From assembly GCA_017478765.1 (NCBI GenBank), contig JAFVDA010000028.1, positions 1 through 43,345 of the forward strand: a DNA stretch of 43,345 nt. Reading direction: 5' to 3'. The notes below the pieces were generated by a model. That model saw nothing but the letters and a program-made list of their open reading frames with translations, did no database searches and had not been told where the DNA came from. A program made the position numbers and the translations under genes. The DNA comes from Clostridia bacterium (GTDB lineage: Bacteria > Bacillota > Clostridia > Christensenellales > Borkfalkiaceae). Each line of letters starts with the position of its first letter. The first letter of the stretch is position 1. Positions 24,984-34,660 of this stretch are shown in pieces.

Positions 24984-26924
24984 ATGAAATCAACAAAAAG
25001 GGCTTGGATCATAATCCTTGGCGTTGTTGTCGTTGGCTTATTGATCGCTATGTTCGTTGCGTTCAATACGGCTAAGACGACGCAAACCACCAAGTTTTAC
25101 GAACGAGCGGGAATAACTTATAGCGCAAACGGTGAAATTCAATTTTCAGCCGATAAGGCGGAATTTAAGTATATAGTAGTTGACGTTTACAACATCAGAG
25201 GGTATAAAAACGTCGGAGATTCGGTTGCCGTCATATCTTCATCGATAGGTAGGAACGAACTTGACTTTGAAAAACTTGAATTGCTCCAACAAAACGGCGT
25301 TATCGTAAACTATACCGATCCGAACGCAGGGAGCGCTTGGTCTTCGCTTATTATGCCGATATTGACCATCGGTATAGGTATAGCGATCGTATTCATATTT
25401 ATAAGACAGATGAATGCAGGTAACCGCGGTGCGATGGATTTCGGTAAAACCAAAACCCAGGTTACAAATAACGTGAAGGTTCGTTTTAGCGACGTTGCGG
25501 GCGCGGAAGAAGAAAAACTCGAACTTCAAGAGATAGTCGACTTTTTGAAAAACCCGCAAAAATACACCGAATTAGGAGCAAGGATACCTAAGGGCGTACT
25601 GCTCGTAGGCCCTCCGGGAACGGGTAAAACCCTGTTTGCGAAAGCAGTTGCGGGCGAAGCAAGCGTTCCTTTCTTCTCGATTAGCGGTTCCGACTTTGTT
25701 GAAATGTTCGTAGGCGTAGGCGCGTCGAGAGTAAGAGATTTATTCAACACGGCGAAGAGAAGTCAGCCCTGTATAGTGTTTATCGACGAGATAGACGCGG
25801 TAGGTCGTCAACGTGGCGCAGGACTTGGCGGCGGCAACGACGAAAGAGAGCAAACGCTCAACCAGTTGCTCGTGCAAATGGACGGTTTTGAAGAAAACGA
25901 AGGTATCATTATAATGGCTGCGACCAACCGCGCGGACGTTTTGGATCCTGCTTTGCTTCGTCCGGGAAGATTTGACCGTCAAATATATGTCAATATGCCC
26001 GACGTTAAGGGTAGAGAAGCGATCCTTAAAGTACACGCAAGAAACAAACCTTTAGCTTCCGACGTAAACTTCAAGATCTTGGCAAGGCTGACGGGCGGAT
26101 TCAGCGGGGCGGACCTTGCGAACCTTCTTAACGAAGCGGCAATTTTGGCGGCGAGAGAAAACAGGAAATTTATAACCAACGTCGACCTATACGAAGGTAT
26201 CAACAAGGTCGTAATGGGTCCGCAGAAAAAGAGTAGGCTTATGACCGAAACGGATAAACGTCAAACGGCGTATCACGAATCGGGTCACGCAATCTTAGCT
26301 AAACTTCTCCCCAACTATTATCCCGTACAGGAAGTTTCCATTATTCCGAGAGGCAGAGCCGGCGGATACACGCTCGCTCGCCCCGACAGGGACGACAATT
26401 ATATAACTAAAGACTTTTTACTTGACGATCTCGTAATGACCATGGGCGGCCGCGCGGCTGAAGCGATAGTTCTTAAAAAAGTGACGTCGGGACCGAGCGG
26501 AGATATTACCCAGGCAACGAGAATAGCAAGGGCAATGGTCACCGAGTACGGTATGAGCGATAAGATAGGGCCCGTATCGTACGGCAACAACGGCGAAGTA
26601 TTTATCGGAAGGGATTATCAGCAACGCGAACCGTACAGCGAAGATACGGCAAAGGTCATCGATCAAGAGATAAGAGATCTAATAAACAACGCCTACCAAA
26701 AGGCAGTTGAACTGCTTACGGCAAACAGAGCCTTCCTTGACGTTATGGCGAGAGTTTTGATAGAGCGTGAGACCATTTACGGCGAAGAAGTCGACATGAT
26801 AATGGACGGAAAGACCGTACAGGAAGTTCTCGACTTTATGGAAACCAAGGATAACACCAACCCTATCGAAAGGGCTGAATCCACGATGAAAAGGAACGAC
26901 GAACAAACGCCGACCAACGAGTAA
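24984..26924 (+). CDS. ftsH: ATP-dependent zinc metalloprotease FtsH
   Basis: Contains Walker A GPPGTGKT, the SRH region, the zinc motif HESGHA and an N-terminal TM helix. Confidence 0.95.
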   Translation: MKSTKRAWIIILGVVVVGLLIAMFVAFNTAKTTQTTKFYERAGITYSANGEIQFSADKAEFKYIVVDVYNIRGYKNVGDSVAVISSSIGRNELDFEKLELLQQNGVIVNYTDPNAGSAWSSLIMPILTIGIGIAIVFIFIRQMNAGNRGAMDFGKTKTQVTNNVKVRFSDVAGAEEEKLELQEIVDFLKNPQKYTELGARIPKGVLLVGPPGTGKTLFAKAVAGEASVPFFSISGSDFVEMFVGVGASRVRDLFNTAKRSQPCIVFIDEIDAVGRQRGAGLGGGNDEREQTLNQLLVQMDGFEENEGIIIMAATNRADVLDPALLRPGRFDRQIYVNMPDVKGREAILKVHARNKPLASDVNFKILARLTGGFSGADLANLLNEAAILAARENRKFITNVDLYEGINKVVMGPQKKSRLMTETDKRQTAYHESGHAILAKLLPNYYPVQEVSIIPRGRAGGYTLARPDRDDNYITKDFLLDDLVMTMGGRAAEAIVLKKVTSGPSGDITQATRIARAMVTEYGMSDKIGPVSYGNNGEVFIGRDYQQREPYSEDTAKVIDQEIRDLINNAYQKAVELLTANRAFLDVMARVLIERETIYGEEVDMIMDGKTVQEVLDFMETKDNTNPIERAESTMKRNDEQTPTNE

Positions 26925-27002
26925 GCCGAAATCGCAAAAATAGCGATAATCGACCTATAGCGTGACTTTTTGGATAAAAATTTGATAAAAAGGAAGTGTT
27001 TT

Positions 27003-27767
27003 ATGGGTAAGATAATAGCCGTTTCAAATCAAAAAGGCGGAGTAGGAAAAACTTCTACGGCGATAAACCTTGCGTACGGACTGAGCGAAAAGGGTAAAAA
27101 GGTCCTTTTGTGCGATATAGATTCGCAAGGTAACGCCACCACGGGGCTCGGCGTCAATAAAGGCTCGCTCGATCGCTCGGTATACGACGTTATCATGGGC
27201 GAAGCCGACTGCAAGCAAACGATAATAAAAACTCAATTCAAAAATCTTTATCTTTTGCCTTCGCACATGGACCTTGCGGGCGCGGAAGTCGAACTGGTTC
27301 CGATGAAGCACCGTGAAAAACGCCTTGCGAACGCTTTGGCTGAAATAAAAGACGAATACGATTATATAATTCTCGACTGTCCGCCCGCGATAAGTCTATT
27401 GACCGTCAACGGGCTTGCGGCAGCCGACGGCGTCCTTATCCCCATTCAAAGCGAGTACTACGCTTTGGAAGGATTAGCGCAACTGATGAATACAATCAAA
27501 CTGGTTAAAAAAGGGCTTAATCCGTCGCTTGAAATAGAGGGAGTTTTGATCACCATGTACGACAAGCGCGCGCTCGTCACCAGACAGATTTGCGACGAGA
27601 TCCGTAAGTTTTTCGGCAATCGTGTTTACCAAACCGTCATTCCGAGAAACATAAGGGTTTCGGAAGCCCCCAGTCACGGCGTTCCGCTTATGGTCCACGA
27701 TAAAAAGTGTAAAGGCTCGGTAGCCTATTATCAATTCACCGAAGAATTTTTAGGGAGGAATAAATGA
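27003..27767 (+). CDS. parA: Chromosome partitioning ATPase ParA/Soj
   Basis: Contains the deviant Walker A NQKGGVGKTS. ATG 27003 has SD AGGAAG upstream. The ORF is open from TTG 26970. Confidence 0.92.
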   Translation: MGKIIAVSNQKGGVGKTSTAINLAYGLSEKGKKVLLCDIDSQGNATTGLGVNKGSLDRSVYDVIMGEADCKQTIIKTQFKNLYLLPSHMDLAGAEVELVPMKHREKRLANALAEIKDEYDYIILDCPPAISLLTVNGLAAADGVLIPIQSEYYALEGLAQLMNTIKLVKKGLNPSLEIEGVLITMYDKRALVTRQICDEIRKFFGNRVYQTVIPRNIRVSEAPSHGVPLMVHDKKCKGSVAYYQFTEEFLGRNK

Positions 27768-28675
27768 TGGCAAAAGGATTAGGAAAGGGTTTTGCCGCGC
27801 TTCTTGCCGATACTCAGGAAGACTACGAAAGGTTTTCGTTTGACGATTTAGGCGAAGAAGGGCAAAAGATCAAAAACAGCGTTATCGAAATAGAAATAGG
27901 TTTGGTCGAGCCAAACCCCAATCAGCCGAGAAAGATATTTAACGAGCAAGCCTTACAGGAACTTGCCGACTCCATAGCCGTACACGGCGTGATAATGCCG
28001 ATAGTCGTCAATAAAAAGGGCGACAAATTTATGATAATCGCGGGCGAACGTCGTTGGAGAGCAAGCCGCCTTGCGGGAAAACAGACTATACCCGCGATCG
28101 TCAAGGACTATAGCGAACGCCAGGTCAAGGAAATATCTTTGATAGAAAACCTTCAAAGGGAAGACCTTAATCCGATAGAAGCGGCTAACGCCATGAAGCA
28201 ACTCATGGATGAGTACGACATCACGCAGGAAGACCTTGCCGAGAGAATAGGCAAGAGCCGTTCGGCGGTAGCCAATACTTTAAGGCTTTTGACTTTGGAC
28301 GAAAAGGTCATCGAACTCGTATCGAGCGGGGCTTTGTCGCAAGGGCACGCAAGAGCACTTATAACGCTCCCGAAGGAAGTTCAACTGTCCATTGCGAGTA
28401 AAGCCGTAGCTAAAAAACTGTCGGTCAGAGAAGTCGAACAACTCGTAAAAGATTACTATAATCCGCCCGAAGAGATCAAAAAAGCCCAAAGGGCGAAAAG
28501 AGAAGCCAACATGAGCCTTGAACTCAAAGATCTGATCGTGAGAATGCAGCGCGGTTTCGGTACCAAGGTGTCCGCCATCGGCAACGACAAGAAGGGCAGG
28601 ATATATATCGACTATTACACTCGCGACGATTTAGATAGGATAGCCAAACTGCTCGAAAAACTCGAAAATCAATAA
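27764..28675 (+). CDS. parB: Chromosome partitioning protein ParB/Spo0J
   Basis: Contains the ParB box IAGERRWRAS and an HTH region. Its start overlaps the parA stop (ATGA). SD GGGAGGA is present. Confidence 0.92.
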   Translation: MMAKGLGKGFAALLADTQEDYERFSFDDLGEEGQKIKNSVIEIEIGLVEPNPNQPRKIFNEQALQELADSIAVHGVIMPIVVNKKGDKFMIIAGERRWRASRLAGKQTIPAIVKDYSERQVKEISLIENLQREDLNPIEAANAMKQLMDEYDITQEDLAERIGKSRSAVANTLRLLTLDEKVIELVSSGALSQGHARALITLPKEVQLSIASKAVAKKLSVREVEQLVKDYYNPPEEIKKAQRAKREANMSLELKDLIVRMQRGFGTKVSAIGNDKKGRIYIDYYTRDDLDRIAKLLEKLENQ

Positions 28676-28702
28676 AAGTCCGCCTATAACGCGATAAACA
28701 AA

Positions 28703-28733
28703 GGGTTTCGTTAAAAAACGAAGCCCCTTTTTA
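28703..28733 (+). terminator. Rho-independent terminator after parB
   Basis: GGGTTTCG / CGAAGCCC stem, followed by CTTTTTATTG. Confidence 0.55.
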
Positions 28734-28828
28734 TTGTTTGCGATGCAAACAGTTATATTTTCAGACTGCGTCTGAAAGTTATATTTTGACCGTAAGTCAA
28801 AGTTATGTTTGTCAAAACTTGTCAACGG

Positions 28829-28868
28829 CAAAAATAAAGGCGAACGCCTTATAAATAAAGCGTTCGCC
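28829..28868 (-). terminator. Rho-independent terminator after PFOR
   Basis: GGCGAACGC / GCGTTCGCC 9-bp stem, followed on the minus strand by TTTATTTTT. Confidence 0.6.
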
Positions 28869-28895
28869 AAGTGATTTAGTTATTAACTTACGAAA

Positions 28896-31800
28896 TTACT
28901 TACCCGCAAGTTTTTTGTACTTGTTAAGTCTTTGAGAATTTTCTTCTTCGGCTTTAACGAACAGGGTTTCGGCAAGTTCGGGTTGAGCCTTCTTCAAAGC
29001 GGCGTAACGGGTTTCACCGAGCAGGAATTCCTGATAACTTGCGGTAGGATCCTTACTGTCGAGCGAGAACGGATTGGTTTCCGTTCCGACGAGTTCGGGG
29101 TTATACCTGTAGAGGTGCCAGTAACCTGCGTCGACAGCCTTCTTCTCTTCGAGTTGCGAGTTGCTCATGTTGATACCGTGGTTGATACAAGGAGCGTAGC
29201 AGATGATGAGCGAAGGTCCGTCGTAATTTTCGGCTTCGACGATCGCGTTGAGGAACTGTTGCTTGTTGGCGCCCATAGCGCATTGAGCAACGTAAACGTA
29301 ACCGTAACTCATAGCGATCATGCCGAGGTCTTTCTTCTTGACTCTCTTACCGCCGGCAGCGAATTTAGCGACGGCACCGGTAGGAGTGGACTTACTCGCC
29401 TGACCGCCGGTGTTGGAGTAAACTTCGGTGTCGAGAACGAGAACGTTGACGTCTTCGCCCATAGCGAGAACGTGGTCAAGTCCGCCGTAACCGATATCGT
29501 AAGCCCAGCCGTCGCCGCCGAAGATCCAAATGGACTTCTTGATAAGGCAGTCGGAAGACGCGTTGATCTCGTTCAGGGTAGCTTTAAGTTCGCCGCGCGC
29601 GTTCTTTATAGCGGAAGGCAGAAGTTCGGTTATTTGTTTAGCCGTTTGTTTGGAAACTTCCGCGTTCTTTCTGTTTGCGAGCCATTCGGTGAAGGCTTGT
29701 TTCAACTTGCCTTTAGCGCCGAGAGTGAGAGCCTTTTCGATAGTATCGGCAAGTTTTGCTCTTCTTTGACCGTAAGCAAGGTTGATACCGTAACCGAATT
29801 CGGCGTTGTCTTCAAACAAGCTGTTAGCCCAAGCGGGACCTTTGCCTTCGGCGTTCTTGGTGTAAGGACAGGTAGGCGAGCTGCCGCCGTAAATGGACGA
29901 GCAACCGGTCGCGTTGGCAACTACCATGCGGTCGCCGAACATTTGGGTAATGACCTTGATGTAAGGAGTTTCGCCGCAGCCTGCGCAAGCGCCCGAGAAC
30001 TCGAACAAAGGTTTGCTGAATTGGCTTCCCTTGACGGTGGTCTTCTTGATAGCCGAAGTGTCGACTTCGGGGAGCGATTCGGCGTATTCGTAGTTAGCCG
30101 TTTCTTCCTGAACGACCTGCTCGAACGGAACCATAACGAGAGCCTTTTCTTTTGCGGGGCAAACGTTGGCGCATACGCCGCAGCCGAGACAGTCGAGAGC
30201 GGAAACCTGGATCCTGAATTCGTAACCCTTCATGCCGATAGCCTTGCTCGTAGCGTAGGTGATGGGCTTTTCGGCGCCTTCTGCGTTAAGATAAGGTCTT
30301 ATGCAGGCGTGCGGACATACGAACGAGCATTGGTTACATTGAATACAGTTTTCTTTTATCCATTGCGGAACCTTTACGGCTACGCCGCGTTTTTCAAATC
30401 TGGTAGTTCCGGTGGGAACGGTACCGTCGGCGGAAAAAGCCGAAGAAGGAAGTTTGTCGCCTTCGAGAGCGAGAATGGGATGAATGACGTCCTTGAAGTA
30501 TTGATCGCCGTTGAGTTCGGGAATAGCCGCGCCTTCGGTTGCGTTAGCCCAGTCGGCGGGGATAGCGACCTCTCTTAAGGAAGCGACAGCGGCGTCGATA
30601 GCGTCACAGTTGGCTTTAACGACGGCGTCACCCTTCTTTCCGTAGGTAACTTTGACCTTTTCCTTCATGAAGACTTCTGCGTCAGCGTAAGGAATGATGT
30701 TTGCGATATTGAAGAACGCAGCCTGTAAAACCATGTTTTGGCTCTTGGGCGAACCGGCTTTGGTAGCAACGCTCAAAGCGTCGATAACGTACAGTTTAGC
30801 ATTCTTTTGAGCAAGCGCTCTCTTCATCGCTGCGGGAAGGTGGGTGGAGAGTTGCTCGTTGGTCCAAGGACAGTTGAGCAAGAATTTGCCACCTTGCTTT
30901 AAGTCGGTAACCATATCGTAACGGGTGACGTACGAGGGGTTATGGCAAGCGATAAAGTCGGCTGCGTCGATAAGGTAGGAAGACTGAATGGGTGTATCGC
31001 CGAATCTGAGGTGAGATACGGTTATACCGCCGGACTTTTTGGAATCGTAGAAGAAGTAACCTTGAACGTACTTATCGGTGTGATCGCCGATGATCTTGAT
31101 GGAGTTCTTGTTGGCGCCGACCGTACCGTCCGAACCCAAACCGTAGAACTTGCAGGAAACCGTGCCTGCGGGAGCGGCGATGATCTTTTCGTCGTAACTC
31201 AAAGAAGTGTGGGTTATATCGTCGTTGATACCGACGGTGAAGTGATTCTTGGGTTTATCCTGTTCGAGGTTTTTATAGATGGCGTAGACCATGGAAGGAT
31301 TGAATTCCTTGGAACCGAGGCCGTATCTTCCGCCGACGACGGTCATCTTCTTCTTTGCTTCCATCAAAGCCGCGCAAACGTCGAGATACAAGGGTTCGCC
31401 GAGCGAGCCGGGTTCTTTTGTCCTGTCCATGACCGCGAGTTTCTTACAGGTCTTGGGGATGGCTTTCAAGAACGCCTTGTTCGCGAAAGGTCTGTAAAGA
31501 CGGACTTTGATAAGGCCGTACTTCTTGCCTTGCGCGTTGAGAAGGTTGATGGTCTCTTCGACCGCTTCCGCGCCGCTGCCCATGATAACGATGACCTGTT
31601 CCGCGTCGGGTGCGCCGACGTAATCGAACAAATGGTAGGATCTGCCGGTCAATTTGGAGACCTTATCCATCATCTTCTGAACGATTGCGGGAGTGGCTTC
31701 ATAGTAGCAGTTGGCGGTTTCCCTGTTCTGGAAGTAAGTATCGCTGTTTTGAGCGGTACCCCTTTGAACGGGGTGTTCGGGGTTAAGAGCCTTTTGTCTG

Positions 31801-32402
31801 AATTCCTCGATATCCTTCATGTCGACGAGTTTTCTCATTTCGTCGTATTCGATAGCGTCGATTTTGGAAACCTCGTGGCTGGTTCTGAAACCGTCGAAGA
31901 AGTGAAGGAAAGGCACTTTGGCTTTGAGCGTAGACAAATGCGCTACCAAACCTAAATCCATAACTTCCTGAACGGAGTTACTTGCGAGCATCGCAAAACC
32001 CGTTTGACGGCACGCCATAACGTCCGAATGGTCGCCGAAAATGTTGAGCGAGTGAGCGGCTAACGCTCTTGCGCTGACGTGGAATACGGTAGGCAGTAAT
32101 TCACCCGAGATCTTGTACATATTCGGGATCATCAGGAGTAAGCCTTGGCTTGCCGTGTAGGTAACGGTCAAAGCACCGGCGGTCAAAGAACCGTGAACGG
32201 CGCCTGCCGCGCCGCCTTCCGACTGCATTTCTGCAAGACGGAGTTTTTGACCGAACATGTTGACTCTGCCTGCGGTTGCCCACTCGTCGGCGACTTCTGC
32301 CATCGGCGAAGAGGGAGTTATCGGGTAAATGGCGGCGACTTCAGAGAACGCGTACGCTACGTGACTTGCCGCGGTATTACCGTCAATGGTCATTTTTTTC
32401 AT
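28896..32402 (-). CDS. nifJ: Pyruvate:ferredoxin (flavodoxin) oxidoreductase, single-polypeptide type
   Basis: 1168 aa. Contains two 4Fe-4S motifs, CIQCNQCSFVCPHAC and CLGCGVCANVCP, and the TPP region GGDGWAYDIGYGGLDH. SD AGGAGG is present. Confidence 0.95.
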   Translation of the reverse strand: MKKMTIDGNTAASHVAYAFSEVAAIYPITPSSPMAEVADEWATAGRVNMFGQKLRLAEMQSEGGAAGAVHGSLTAGALTVTYTASQGLLLMIPNMYKISGELLPTVFHVSARALAAHSLNIFGDHSDVMACRQTGFAMLASNSVQEVMDLGLVAHLSTLKAKVPFLHFFDGFRTSHEVSKIDAIEYDEMRKLVDMKDIEEFRQKALNPEHPVQRGTAQNSDTYFQNRETANCYYEATPAIVQKMMDKVSKLTGRSYHLFDYVGAPDAEQVIVIMGSGAEAVEETINLLNAQGKKYGLIKVRLYRPFANKAFLKAIPKTCKKLAVMDRTKEPGSLGEPLYLDVCAALMEAKKKMTVVGGRYGLGSKEFNPSMVYAIYKNLEQDKPKNHFTVGINDDITHTSLSYDEKIIAAPAGTVSCKFYGLGSDGTVGANKNSIKIIGDHTDKYVQGYFFYDSKKSGGITVSHLRFGDTPIQSSYLIDAADFIACHNPSYVTRYDMVTDLKQGGKFLLNCPWTNEQLSTHLPAAMKRALAQKNAKLYVIDALSVATKAGSPKSQNMVLQAAFFNIANIIPYADAEVFMKEKVKVTYGKKGDAVVKANCDAIDAAVASLREVAIPADWANATEGAAIPELNGDQYFKDVIHPILALEGDKLPSSAFSADGTVPTGTTRFEKRGVAVKVPQWIKENCIQCNQCSFVCPHACIRPYLNAEGAEKPITYATSKAIGMKGYEFRIQVSALDCLGCGVCANVCPAKEKALVMVPFEQVVQEETANYEYAESLPEVDTSAIKKTTVKGSQFSKPLFEFSGACAGCGETPYIKVITQMFGDRMVVANATGCSSIYGGSSPTCPYTKNAEGKGPAWANSLFEDNAEFGYGINLAYGQRRAKLADTIEKALTLGAKGKLKQAFTEWLANRKNAEVSKQTAKQITELLPSAIKNARGELKATLNEINASSDCLIKKSIWIFGGDGWAYDIGYGGLDHVLAMGEDVNVLVLDTEVYSNTGGQASKSTPTGAVAKFAAGGKRVKKKDLGMIAMSYGYVYVAQCAMGANKQQFLNAIVEAENYDGPSLIICYAPCINHGINMSNSQLEEKKAVDAGYWHLYRYNPELVGTETNPFSLDSKDPTASYQEFLLGETRYAALKKAQPELAETLFVKAEEENSQRLNKYKKLAGK

Positions 32403-32593
32403 TAAGTCCTCCTTGACCTTGCCAAAACGCCTTTTTGGTCATCTTCCTTTTATAAAAACAAAGAAAATAACCGAAAAACGCCGACAAGGTAGATTAAAAT
32501 AATTATCAAAAGTGTTTTTGCGCTCCGCCGATTTTCACGTAAAAAAATCATCGTCAGAGCATTTTTTGTGAATTATATCGGAACGCACATATT

Positions 32594-32622
32594 ATTTTAT
32601 TATATTGTAGGTTATAAGTCAA
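32594..32622 (-). promoter_or_regulatory. Candidate sigma-A promoter for PFOR
   Basis: Minus strand reads TTGACT, a 17-nt spacer, then TAAAAT. This implies a leader of about 190 nt. Confidence 0.45.
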
Positions 32623-32788
32623 TATAAAACCTCAATAATTTGCAAATTTTTTGTAAAAATATCGTTCGTAACGCCGTTCGGGCGGAAAAGTTGCTATTTT
32701 TTGCCCGTTTTGACCTTTTTGAATTTGAATAGCAACAAAAGTCAAAAGGATGCTTGCCGAACTTAAGATAAAAACGCCGTCAATACGC

Positions 32789-32818
32789 TTGCTCAAAAAG
32801 CCGAGCGTGTGGTATAAT
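32789..32818 (+). promoter_or_regulatory. Extended -10 sigma-A promoter of the ecf-truA operon
   Basis: TTGCTC, an 18-nt spacer, then TGgTATAAT. Confidence 0.55.
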
Positions 32819-32829
32819 TTGGCTTGATA

Positions 32830-32955
32830 AAAGTTGAAAGTGGAATTGTGGTCGAACATATTATATATGCCGCCGCAAGGATAAACACTTTTGCGACCTA
32901 CGGTCCTCATTGCTTTTTCTTTGTGAAACACAAGAAAAAAGCGTGAATAAAGTTT
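32830..32955 (+). repeat. Leader module homologous to rc 2701-2937 (core 32830-32886 plus the conserved-position hairpin 32912-32942)
   Basis: The core is 52/57 identical to rc 2866-2922. It is followed by CGACCTAC, a hairpin and GTGAATAAAGTT, as at the other locus. It starts about 7 nt after the -10 element. Confidence 0.7.
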
Positions 32956-32967
32956 TCTTGGAATTAT

Positions 32968-33801
32968 ATGCAAGCAGTAAAGGTAGACAAAGTATCCTAT
33001 AAGTACTCCGAAAAGGAAAAACTCGCCGTTGACGGGGTTTCGCTCGAGATAGAAGCGGGCGAATTCGTAGCCGTCGTCGGGCGTAACGCAAGCGGTAAAT
33101 CCACCCTTGCGAGAATGATTAACGGGCTTATAGCCCCGCTTTCTGGTGAAATAACCGTTTTCGGCAACAACACGCTGGACGAAAAGTCGCTATTTGAAAT
33201 ACGAAAGACGTGCGGCATAGTTTTTCAAAATCCCGACAACCAGATGGTCGCGTCCATCGTTGAGGACGACGTAGCGTTCGGGCCCGAAAACATCGGCGTT
33301 TCAAGAGAGGAGATCGGCAAACGAATAGACTTTGCGTTGCAGGCAACGGGAACCGAGCCGTTCAGGACGGAAATGGCGTCAAAACTTTCGGGCGGGCAAA
33401 AACAAAGGGTGGCGATAGCGGGCGTGCTTGCGTTAAAGCCCAAAATTCTGATTTTGGACGAGTCGACTTCAATGCTCGATCCGATAGGAAGAGCGGAAGT
33501 CATGGCGGTAGTTGAAAATCTTCGCAAGACCGAAAACATGACCGTGATGGTTATAACGCACTATATGGACGAAGTGGTCGGGTGCGATAAAGTTTTCGTT
33601 ATGGCGGACGGAAAACTTTTGAAAACGGGAACTCCCGAGCAAATATTTAACGATAAAGAACTTCTTGACGAGGCGGGGTTGGAACTTCCCGTTCCCGCAA
33701 AGATAGCGGAAGGTCTTAAAAGGCGCGGGGTGGACGTAGGTCTGCCGCTTACCAAAGAGCAGCTAAAGGAGAGATTATGGAAGTTGTTTGCCAAAACTTA
33801 A
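32968..33801 (+). CDS. ecfA1: ECF transporter ATPase component EcfA1
   Basis: Contains Walker A GRNASGKST, the signature LSGGQKQRV and Walker B ILILDE. Confidence 0.9.
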   Translation: MQAVKVDKVSYKYSEKEKLAVDGVSLEIEAGEFVAVVGRNASGKSTLARMINGLIAPLSGEITVFGNNTLDEKSLFEIRKTCGIVFQNPDNQMVASIVEDDVAFGPENIGVSREEIGKRIDFALQATGTEPFRTEMASKLSGGQKQRVAIAGVLALKPKILILDESTSMLDPIGRAEVMAVVENLRKTENMTVMVITHYMDEVVGCDKVFVMADGKLLKTGTPEQIFNDKELLDEAGLELPVPAKIAEGLKRRGVDVGLPLTKEQLKERLWKLFAKT

Positions 33802-34646
33802 GTTACTCTTATTCCCCTTCCTCAAAGAATAAAAAATACGCCCTGTCGGACGTTACGCTCACCATAAAAGAAGGTGATTTTTTCGGAGTCATCGGGCATA
33901 CGGGCAGCGGGAAATCGACGTTTATCCAGCACCTTAACGGACTTATCCCCGTGCAAAACGGAAAACTTACCGTCGGGGAATACGACCTTACCGACAAAAG
34001 CAGGTCCGGCAAAGCCAAACTTAAGGAGTTGAGAAGAAAGGTCGGCATGGTCTTTCAGTATCCCGAATACCAACTGTTTGCCGAAACGGTATTCGAGGAC
34101 GTAGCGTTCGGCGTCAGGAATTTTTATAAGCAAGCGAGCGCTGAATTTATAGCCCAAAAGGTCAAAAGCGCCATGCAACTTGTCGGGCTTGATTTCGACG
34201 AGTTAAAGGACAAATCGCCCTTTTCCATATCGGGTGGACAAAAAAGGCGAGTTGCGCTCGCGGGCGTTATAGCGGTAGAGCCTGAAATTCTCGTGCTAGA
34301 CGAACCTTGCGCTGGACTCGATCCGCAGGGCAAAACGTCTTTATGGCAACTGCTCCATAAACTGCACGGCACGTTTTGCAAGACGGTAATAGTAGTTTCG
34401 CACGATATGAACGACGTTGCCGAACAGTGCGACAAGGCGGTCGTTTTCAGCGACGGGAAAGCCGTTGCGTGCGGCAGCCCGAGAGAGTTGTTCTCCGGCT
34501 TAGAAGACCTTGAAAAATTAGGTTTGGAGTCGCCCGTTACCGGGTATCTTACGGAAAAACTGAAACCGTCGGTCACGTTGGACACCGATTTTACAATAGA
34601 CGATTTTTGCGACAAACTGGTCGAAAAATTAAAGGAAAAAAGTTGA
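33777..34646 (+). CDS. ecfA2: ECF transporter ATPase component EcfA2
   Basis: Contains Walker A GHTGSGKST, the signature ISGGQKRRV and Walker B ILVLDE. Confidence 0.9.
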   Translation: MEVVCQNLSYSYSPSSKNKKYALSDVTLTIKEGDFFGVIGHTGSGKSTFIQHLNGLIPVQNGKLTVGEYDLTDKSRSGKAKLKELRRKVGMVFQYPEYQLFAETVFEDVAFGVRNFYKQASAEFIAQKVKSAMQLVGLDFDELKDKSPFSISGGQKRRVALAGVIAVEPEILVLDEPCAGLDPQGKTSLWQLLHKLHGTFCKTVIVVSHDMNDVAEQCDKAVVFSDGKAVACGSPRELFSGLEDLEKLGLESPVTGYLTEKLKPSVTLDTDFTIDDFCDKLVEKLKEKS

Positions 34647-34660
34647 CGCGTTATTAAAAC

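Noticed and set aside
28932-31955. Long + strand ORFs (548 aa at 28932-30578, 337 aa at 30942-31955) antisense to the PFOR gene
   Set aside because: They lie entirely inside the strongly supported 1168-aa PFOR gene on the opposite strand. Their translations are low-complexity (G/V/R/F-rich) with no motifs. They are typical shadow ORFs of a codon-biased gene.
32556-32585. Possible Rex/CRP-like operator (TGTGCG...TTCACAA) in the PFOR leader, and a 12/16 parS-like match at 32531-32546
   Set aside because: Only one half-site is good, and the half-site spacing does not fit either TTGTGAA-N6-TTCACAA or TGTGA-N6-TCACA. The parS-like match is too degenerate.
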